Shown in pieces: positions 1-5,926 of a stretch of 22,468 nt of DNA (position 1 is its first letter; the number at the start of each line of letters is the position of its first letter). The stretch lies in IMG/VR virus record IMGVR_UViG_3300042311_000626, positions 64,001-86,468 of that record; one strand, written 5' to 3'. The notes beneath the pieces are model-generated. The model did not search any database. It worked only from the letters and a program-made list of their open reading frames with translations, and had not been told where the DNA came from. Made by a program: the position numbers and the translations under genes. The stretch is from a virus. Taxonomy: Duplodnaviria > Heunggongvirae > Uroviricota > Caudoviricetes.

Positions 1-1095
1 TACATTGGAACTTCATCAACTTTATACAGAGTAAGTATTTCTGATGCTCAATTAGCAACTTTAGATCTTCCTGATTTCTTAGCAGCTTCTGCTTTCATCA
101 TCAGTGGTTCAGGTGTTAACCCAGCAAACGTATTACAACAGTTTACTAACTACTCAAGTGGATCAGGTGCTACTGCATTAACATTCATTACTAACGCAGC
201 TCCATCAGTAGGTGCAGCAACTACAGTATTATTCTACAGCAAACAAACAACTCCTGCACAAAGAGGTGATTTCGAAGCAGATAGAACTAACACATCAGTA
301 CCTAACTCATTAGATGATAACCAAATTGTTATCCCAACAGTAAACATCCAAATGAAATCAGATGCTATTGTTGCTAAAACAAGAAAATTAAAAGCACAAT
401 GGACTCCTGAGTTAGCTCAAGATTTAAATGCTTACCAAAACATCGATGCTGAAGCTGAATTAACTGGATTATTATCTCAATACATCGCTATGGAGATTGA
501 CTTAGAAATCTTAGGTATGTTGACTGAAGAGGCAGCTACTACAGGATACTGGTCAGCAGAAAACAACAAAATCTGGAATGGTTCATCATTCGTTCAAACT
601 TCAACTACAACAGGTGGTTTCTATAACACACAAGGTGGTTGGTTCGCAACTTTAGGTACAGTATTACAATCAGTATCTAACAAAATCTTACAGAAAACTC
701 TTAGAGGTCAAGCTAACTTCTTAGTAATATCTCCAGCGGTTGCAACTATTATGCAATCAATTCCAGGATATGCTTCAGATGCAGGTGCTGAATTAGATAA
801 AGTATTCAACTTTGGTAGCCAAAAAATTGGTACTTTAAATTCTCGTTACAAAGTATATGTAAACCCTTACTTCAGTGATAACGTAATTTTAATGGGTTAT
901 AAAGGTGCTCAATTCTTAGAATCAGGTGCTGTTTATGCTCCATACGTTCCGTTATTAATGACTCCATTAGTATACGATCCAGAAACATTTACACCACGTA
1001 AAGGTATTATGACTCGTTACGCTAAGAAAATGGTACGTCCTGAATTCTACGGTAAAGTATTCGTTAACGGTTTAAATGCATTAGGTATTAACTAA
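1..1095 (+). CDS. gp23: Major capsid protein, T4 gp23-like (5'-truncated; frame 1 is open from base 1, so Met at 352 is internal)
   Basis: Frame 1 reads without a stop from base 1 (YIGTSSTLYRV...). It contains AKTRKLKAQWTPELAQDLNAYQNIDAEAEL, GQANFLVISP, YKVYVNPY, GYKG, GAVYAPYVPL and FTPRKGIMTRYA, all hallmark gp23-family motifs. Codon usage is strongly biased. Confidence 0.96.
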   Translation, partial: YIGTSSTLYRVSISDAQLATLDLPDFLAASAFIISGSGVNPANVLQQFTNYSSGSGATALTFITNAAPSVGAATTVLFYSKQTTPAQRGDFEADRTNTSVPNSLDDNQIVIPTVNIQMKSDAIVAKTRKLKAQWTPELAQDLNAYQNIDAEAELTGLLSQYIAMEIDLEILGMLTEEAATTGYWSAENNKIWNGSSFVQTSTTTGGFYNTQGGWFATLGTVLQSVSNKILQKTLRGQANFLVISPAVATIMQSIPGYASDAGAELDKVFNFGSQKIGTLNSRYKVYVNPYFSDNVILMGYKGAQFLESGAVYAPYVPLLMTPLVYDPETFTPRKGIMTRYAKKMVRPEFYGKVFVNGLNALGIN

Positions 1096-1118
1096 TAACT
1101 AATTACTTAGTAAAAATT

Positions 1119-1149
1119 AGAGTCGAGCGCAAGCTCGGCTCTTTTTTTT
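1119..1149 (+). terminator. Rho-independent terminator after the capsid gene
   Basis: 10-bp stem AGAGTCGAGC/GCTCGGCTCT (one G-U pair), GCAA (GNRA) tetraloop, then a T8 run. Confidence 0.93.
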
Positions 1150-1150
1150 C

Positions 1151-1159
1151 ATATTTATA
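1151..1159 (+). promoter_or_regulatory. ATATTTATA motif, putative phage late promoter element
   Basis: Immediately after the terminator and 21 nt before ATG 1181. The same motif recurs at similar spacing before other genes. Confidence 0.6.
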
Positions 1160-1180
1160 CGAAACTAAAACGTTATATAT

Positions 1181-1786
1181 ATGAGTTCAAACCATCACAC
1201 TGATGAGGTTTTTATTTACTTATTAGAATTAGAAGATAATAAAGTATATATAGGTAAAACTGTTAATCCTTCTCATAGATTTTATTCCCATAAAAAATCT
1301 AAAAATGTAATACAATTTACTATAATAGATAAAGTACCTAACTCTGAATGGAAATATTGGGAAAAATTTTATATAGAATTATTTAAAACTTGGGAATTTA
1401 AATTAGATAATAAAAATAATGGTGGAGGAGGACCTTCAAAAGGTCGATATTTAAGAAGCAAAGACCAAAATTGGAAAAATAATTTAAGTAAATCTCATAA
1501 AGGTAAAATTATTACTTCTGAAACACGTTTAAAAATGAGCAAATCTCATTTGAATAAACCATCACCATTTAAAGGTCAAACCCATACCTCTCAAACTTGT
1601 AAAATTATTAGTAAATCATTATCAAAATCTGTATTACAATATGATATTGATGGTAATTTACTTAATACTTTTACTAGCATAAAAGAAGCAGCTTTACAAA
1701 CCAAAACTAACAAAACCAGTATTTCGGGAGCATGCTCGGGAAAATATAAAAAAGTCGGAGGATATATCTGGAAGTATAATAACTAA
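1181..1786 (+). CDS. Free-standing GIY-YIG homing endonuclease with NUMOD3-like repeats and a C-terminal NUMOD1/IENR1 HTH
   Basis: FIYLL...VYIGKT...RFYSH (GIY-YIG), E in WEKFYIE, N in LDNKN; LSKSHKGK..SETRLKMSKS (NUMOD3-like); VLQYDIDGNLLNTFTSIKEAA...ISGAC.GK.K..GGYIW (NUMOD1). Confidence 0.9.
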   Translation: MSSNHHTDEVFIYLLELEDNKVYIGKTVNPSHRFYSHKKSKNVIQFTIIDKVPNSEWKYWEKFYIELFKTWEFKLDNKNNGGGGPSKGRYLRSKDQNWKNNLSKSHKGKIITSETRLKMSKSHLNKPSPFKGQTHTSQTCKIISKSLSKSVLQYDIDGNLLNTFTSIKEAALQTKTNKTSISGACSGKYKKVGGYIWKYNN

Positions 1787-1799
1787 TTTAAAATTAAGT

Positions 1800-2492
1800 A
1801 TGGATCATAATAGAACATTAGAGGCACAAAAAGTGTTTAAAGAAAAAAGAAAACCCAAATCTCCTATAAAATTTAATTTAGTATTAAATGAAGAACAAAA
1901 ATTAGCAAAAGCACTTATCATTGAAAACCCAGTTGTCGTTTTAAAAGGAATGGCAGGTTCAGGTAAAACCCTAGTTGCTGTTCAAGCGGCACTTGATATG
2001 TTGTTTAATAAAGAAGTAGACAAAATAGTAATTACTAGACCTACAGTTGCTAAAGAAGAATTAGGTTTCTTACCAGGCGATCTTAAAGAAAAAATGGACC
2101 CATGGTTAGCACCAATCTACCACAATCTATACATGTTATATGGTAAAGATAAAGTAGATAAAGAATTAGAACGTGGTAATATAGAAATTGTACCATTCGC
2201 GTTTATGAGAGGTAGAACATTTGTTGATTCATTTGTCATTGTAGATGAAGCACAAAACGTTACTCAAGATCAAATGGAAACTGTATTAGGACGACTTGGT
2301 AAAAATTCTAAAATGGTGATTTGTGGTGACTTAGCTCAAATTGATTTAAAAGTAAAAAAAGAAACTGGTTTCTCTTTCTTAACAAGAATTGAAGAACAAG
2401 TAGCTGGATTTAAAATATTTGCTTTAAAACAAAACCACAGACATGACATAGTAGCTCCAATATTGAAAGTATACCAAGAGTTCAGAGATTAA
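1800..2492 (+). CDS. phoH: PhoH-family ATPase
   Basis: Walker A GMAGSGKT, ITRP, LGFLPGDLKEKMDPW, FMRGRTF, Walker B IVDEAQN, RLG..SKMVICGD..QIDL, N.RH.IV. Confidence 0.96.
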   Translation: MDHNRTLEAQKVFKEKRKPKSPIKFNLVLNEEQKLAKALIIENPVVVLKGMAGSGKTLVAVQAALDMLFNKEVDKIVITRPTVAKEELGFLPGDLKEKMDPWLAPIYHNLYMLYGKDKVDKELERGNIEIVPFAFMRGRTFVDSFVIVDEAQNVTQDQMETVLGRLGKNSKMVICGDLAQIDLKVKKETGFSFLTRIEEQVAGFKIFALKQNHRHDIVAPILKVYQEFRD

Positions 2493-2505
2493 TTAGGGTT
2501 TTTTA

Positions 2506-2514
2506 ATATTTATA
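2506..2514 (+). promoter_or_regulatory. ATATTTATA motif, putative late promoter element
   Basis: Intergenic, 20 nt before ATG 2535. Confidence 0.6.
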
Positions 2515-2534
2515 GGTAGTAATTCTAACAATAA

Positions 2535-2912
2535 ATGGCAGCAGGTAAATATTCATTCACAATTGAACAAGGATCAACCGTAGACTTTGTAATAGTATAC
2601 AAAGATTCGTTTGGAGTCCCTGTCAATCTATCCACATATAATTCAAAAATGCAAATTAGGCTAACTTATGGTTCAGCACCTATTGTAACCTTAAGTAGTA
2701 GTCTTAATGCTGATGGTACTGGGTTAAATATGAGTAATGCTGCATCGGGAGCTATAGAAATATACATTGCATCTTGTACTTCTTCTATGTTTAATTTTGA
2801 CACAGCAATATATGACTTAGATATAATATCGGGAAGTGGAGATTGTCCTGTGGTTACTAGAATCCTTGAAGGTAAAGTTAAACTTAGTAAAGAAGTTACT
2901 GTAATTAGTTAA
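2535..2912 (+). CDS. Virion structural protein, beta-sandwich of BppU-N/LtfC-like type (tail/baseplate associated)
   Basis: FTIEQGST, NLS.Y..KMQIR, G.IEIYI, A.YDLDI.SG...VTRILEGKV.LS.EVT pattern, typical of this phage domain and lying next to fibre genes. Confidence 0.55.
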   Translation: MAAGKYSFTIEQGSTVDFVIVYKDSFGVPVNLSTYNSKMQIRLTYGSAPIVTLSSSLNADGTGLNMSNAASGAIEIYIASCTSSMFNFDTAIYDLDIISGSGDCPVVTRILEGKVKLSKEVTVIS

Positions 2913-3517
2913 TGAGTCAAATTGAAGTTAACAATACTTTTAATAGTGTTAATGTAGAAAACACGATAAATACCGTTGATGTTGATAACAGCAATGGTAA
3001 TATTGTTATTGTACCTCAAGAAATAGTAAAAATAATTGAGATCAATACTCCTGGCCCTCAGGGATCTCCAGGACCAGCAGGTGACCCTAGTATATTTACT
3101 AGCTCATTTGTTTCTACTTCATCATTTAATGCTTTTACTTCATCATATAACACAGGATCATTTACAGGTTCTTTTATAGGTGATGGTAGTGGATTAACTG
3201 GTTTACCTATATCAAAATGGACTGGATCTATTGATGGAAGTATTAGTAGAAACTCAGATGTATATGTAACAGGTTCATTTGGAGTAACAAATCAATCTAA
3301 TACATCATTATTTCTAATAAATGCTCAAGGAGCTGCAACAATAAAAAGCACAGCTGCTACTATATTTTTAATACAAAATCAAAATAACATAAATGTATTG
3401 ACTGTAAGTCAAAGTGGTGTTATAGTAGTAGCAACTCAATCTGTAGAATTATCAAATCCGGCACCAAATGGAGGAATGTATTTTACCTCTAATTCATTTT
3501 TTGTAGGGCTCGATTAA
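2912..3517 (+). CDS. Putative virion fibre/tail-associated protein with a short collagen-like stretch
   Basis: GPQGSPGPAGDP triplets and TGSFTGSF.G.GSGLTG beta-repeat. TAATG overlap with the upstream stop. Confidence 0.55.
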   Translation: MSQIEVNNTFNSVNVENTINTVDVDNSNGNIVIVPQEIVKIIEINTPGPQGSPGPAGDPSIFTSSFVSTSSFNAFTSSYNTGSFTGSFIGDGSGLTGLPISKWTGSIDGSISRNSDVYVTGSFGVTNQSNTSLFLINAQGAATIKSTAATIFLIQNQNNINVLTVSQSGVIVVATQSVELSNPAPNGGMYFTSNSFFVGLD

Positions 3518-3523
3518 AAATAA

Positions 3524-3532
3524 ATATTTATC
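3524..3532 (+). promoter_or_regulatory. ATATTTATC motif variant, putative late promoter element
   Basis: Intergenic, 19 nt before ATG 3552. Confidence 0.5.
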
Positions 3533-3551
3533 AACATAAAAACAATATAAA

Positions 3552-4580
3552 ATGGCAAATTGGAAAAAAGTCGTTGTATCCGGTAGTAACGTCTCTCAAC
3601 TAAACAATGATGCAAACTATTTAACGGCAGGTACATTAATAACCCCTAACGCTTTTAGTACAGCATCGTTTGACGGTACATTATTATTAGCAGATTCACC
3701 TTCAGGAAGTTTAAATTTTGCATCTTCGTCAGGACAAGGTTTAACTATTACAGCTAATGCTGGATCAGATACTTTAACATTTGGTTTATCCGCTATACCT
3801 AACAATAGTTTAGCCAATTCAGCTATCACAATAGCAGGTACATCAGTATCATTAGGTGGAAGTATTACACAAGCTACTATATTAGCAGGTTCAGGAGTAT
3901 TTTCAGGATCAGCTCAATTACCAGCAGGATTAGTATCAGGATCATCTCAAATTAACTATTCAGGAATAACAGGAGTACCAGCAAATATAATATCATCTTC
4001 TGTTTTATCTTCACCAGCTCAAGGTCAAGCTTTACTTACTACAAATGGTGTAGCAGGTTCTACAATTGATTTAGGATTAGAAACAGGAGATAGTCCATCA
4101 TTCGCAGGTGTAACAGCAGGTAATGTTACAGTAGGTGTTACAAATGATAATACAATTACTACAACAACTGGAGACTTAACAGTAACTTCAGCTGGAGGTA
4201 ACGTAACTATATCAAATAATTTAGTTGTAACTAATAACTTAACAGTACAAGGTACAGCATCTTTCCAAAATACAACTAACTTAGAAGTAGCTGATAGATT
4301 TATCTTAATGGCTTCTGGTTCGAATACAACTGGAGATGGTGGTATTGTAGTACAACAAGACACACAAAACATTGGTGAATTATTTGGATGGGATTCAGGA
4401 GCATCAAGATGGGCAGTAACAGGTTCATTTACAGCAAATAACTCTGCATTTACACCAGACGCTTATATGGCCGCCGTTGTAACAGCAGCAGGAACAACAC
4501 CAACACCAGCAACCAGATATAACGCAGTAGGTAATATTTACGTATCAAGTGGCGACGAAAGTATTTGGATATATTCATAA
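3552..4580 (+). CDS. Putative fibre/virion structural protein (342 aa, S/T/G/N-rich)
   Basis: N-terminus MANWKKVVVSGSN is shared with the 1527-aa fibre. LTVQGT...TTNLEVADRFILMASG..TGDGGIVV is a beta-rich fibre-like segment. Confidence 0.65.
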   Translation: MANWKKVVVSGSNVSQLNNDANYLTAGTLITPNAFSTASFDGTLLLADSPSGSLNFASSSGQGLTITANAGSDTLTFGLSAIPNNSLANSAITIAGTSVSLGGSITQATILAGSGVFSGSAQLPAGLVSGSSQINYSGITGVPANIISSSVLSSPAQGQALLTTNGVAGSTIDLGLETGDSPSFAGVTAGNVTVGVTNDNTITTTTGDLTVTSAGGNVTISNNLVVTNNLTVQGTASFQNTTNLEVADRFILMASGSNTTGDGGIVVQQDTQNIGELFGWDSGASRWAVTGSFTANNSAFTPDAYMAAVVTAAGTTPTPATRYNAVGNIYVSSGDESIWIYS

Positions 4581-4597
4581 AAAATAAAAAAATTGTT

Positions 4598-4804
4598 ATG
4601 AGCTTTAATGCACAAAACGTAGTTGTAAAAGACAAAACTACATCTAATATAGAAAATACTCTATCTCCTAATCAATTAAATGTGAAGGAGATAGAGATTT
4701 TACTTTCTTTAATAAGAAGATCAACTTTCCTTGGAGAAGACCTAGAACCTTTGTACAATATGGTTATTAAACTACAAAACCAATATTTAGAACAAACAAA
4801 ATAA
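4598..4804 (+). CDS. Small helical protein (68 aa), possible fibre assembly chaperone
   Basis: Start moved from 4565 (overlaps the upstream gene) to ATG 4598 after an A-rich leader. Shares an ExxxLxS...GxD...KL pattern with the next gene. Confidence 0.6.
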   Translation: MSFNAQNVVVKDKTTSNIENTLSPNQLNVKEIEILLSLIRRSTFLGEDLEPLYNMVIKLQNQYLEQTK

Positions 4805-4812
4805 CATAAGTT

Positions 4813-5049
4813 ATGGATTTATTTGAAATCAACCTTACTTTTAATGAATTGACCTTTTTAAGATCTGCTTTAGATCCTATTTCTATTCAAGGTAGAGATG
4901 CTCGTTTTGTAGCTTCACTACAAATGAAATTAGAGCAAGAAATTGAAGAAGTAAAACGTATGCTTCAAGACGCAGAAACTCAAAAAATGGAAAGTCTTCA
5001 AGACGCTATAAAAGAAGATCAAAAAATTAACAAAAGACCCACAAAATAA
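4813..5049 (+). CDS. Small helical/coiled-coil protein (78 aa), possible fibre assembly chaperone
   Basis: Clean ORF 8 nt after the previous stop, with a charged heptad-like C-terminus. Paralogous motif with 4598..4804. Confidence 0.65.
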   Translation: MDLFEINLTFNELTFLRSALDPISIQGRDARFVASLQMKLEQEIEEVKRMLQDAETQKMESLQDAIKEDQKINKRPTK

Positions 5050-5132
5050 CATAAATAAAATGCATTACATCAATGGTATCAACATTGGTGCGAGGTAATA
5101 TACTTCTTATATTTTATTTGTTTAGATCGCAT

Positions 5133-5141
5133 ATATTTATA
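5133..5141 (+). promoter_or_regulatory. ATATTTATA motif, putative late promoter element
   Basis: Intergenic. About 10 nt upstream of a GC-richer structured segment and 68 nt before ATG 5210. Confidence 0.5.
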
Positions 5142-5150
5142 TTATATATT

Positions 5151-5196
5151 ATAGATCCCTAATGGGAAGTGGGCAGGCAATCCTGTAACCAATCAT
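5151..5196 (+). ncRNA. Candidate structured 5' leader RNA (possible three-way junction), family unassigned
   Basis: CCC-TAAT-GGG hairpin (5157-5166), AAG linker, TGG/CCA plus GCAGG-CAAT-CCTGT hairpin (5170-5191), closed by GAT/ATC (5154-56/5192-94). It is a GC-richer island in a very AT-rich spacer. Confidence 0.4.
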
Positions 5197-5209
5197 AATA
5201 CTACTTAAT

Positions 5210-5926
5210 ATGAATAACTTTTACGTGTACAGTCACATTAAAAAAACTGATGGAAAATGTTTTTATATAGGTAAAGGAACAGGAAATAGAGCCTTTACTT
5301 CTTCTTCTCGAAATAGATACTGGAATGAAATAGTTAATAAACATGGGTTTGTATCTATTATTTTAATTAATAATATATCTGAAGAAAAAGCATTTGAAAT
5401 AGAATCCCAATTTTGTAACCAAATTGGTTATAAAAATCTTACTAATATAAGAAAAGAAACTGGTTGGGGAGGTCATTCACACCAACCTGAAACTATATTA
5501 AAATTATCAAAGCCTATTTTTCAATATGATTTACAAGGAAATCTTGTAAAAAGATGGGAAAGTGCTACTTTAGCTTCCCAATTTTTTGGAAAAAATTCAC
5601 CAGCAGCCATTACGGAATGTTGTAGAGGGATTAGAAAAAGTATATATGGGTTTAAATGGAGACATATAGATAATCCTATAAATGAGTCTCCTAAACATAT
5701 AGTTAAAAAATTTAAAAAAGAAAAAATACCTCCTTATTATAATCCTATAAATCAATATGATTTAAAAGGCAATTTTATAAAAACATGGACTAATATAAAA
5801 GAAGCATCTCATATGTTAAAAATTAAAACTAGTTCTATTTCACAATGTGTAAATGGAAAATATAAAACATCTGGAGGTTTTGTTTGGTCAAAACTATTAA
5901 ATAAGGAAGGAGGTCATTTTGCCTAG
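5210..5926 (+). CDS. Free-standing GIY-YIG homing endonuclease with two NUMOD1/IENR1 HTH domains
   Basis: FYVYSH...CFYIGKG.GNRA, EEKAFEIE, LTN..K.TG.GG; two copies of PI.QYDL.GN..K.W......A......I..C..G..K...GF.W. Confidence 0.9.
   Translation: MNNFYVYSHIKKTDGKCFYIGKGTGNRAFTSSSRNRYWNEIVNKHGFVSIILINNISEEKAFEIESQFCNQIGYKNLTNIRKETGWGGHSHQPETILKLSKPIFQYDLQGNLVKRWESATLASQFFGKNSPAAITECCRGIRKSIYGFKWRHIDNPINESPKHIVKKFKKEKIPPYYNPINQYDLKGNFIKTWTNIKEASHMLKIKTSSISQCVNGKYKTSGGFVWSKLLNKEGGHFA
5902..5914 (+). promoter_or_regulatory. Strong Shine-Dalgarno (AAGGAAGGAGGT) inside the endonuclease 3' end, serving the TTG start at 5919
   Basis: AGGAGG at 5908-5913, 5 nt before TTG 5919. No other gene start inspected in the window has a comparable SD. 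Confidence 0.65.

Noticed and set aside
1211-1835. Group I intron around the first endonuclease (removing 1211-1835, U|...G|, would restore an in-frame PhoH)
   Set aside because: The interval is almost entirely endonuclease ORF, with no room for or sign of a P3-P7 catalytic core, and PhoH has its own ATG. RT-PCR across the junction would settle it.
3617-4635. Minus-strand ORFs 3617..3829, 4025..4372 and 4450..4635
   Set aside because: They are antisense shadows of the well-supported 3552..4580 gene, with no motifs or start signals.
5908-5926. prfB-like SD-stimulated +1 frameshift fusing the endonuclease to the fibre at CAT TTT G
   Set aside because: The next codon is GCC rather than a stop or obviously slow codon. 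SD spacing fits TTG initiation, and the MPSWKKV start matches its paralog.
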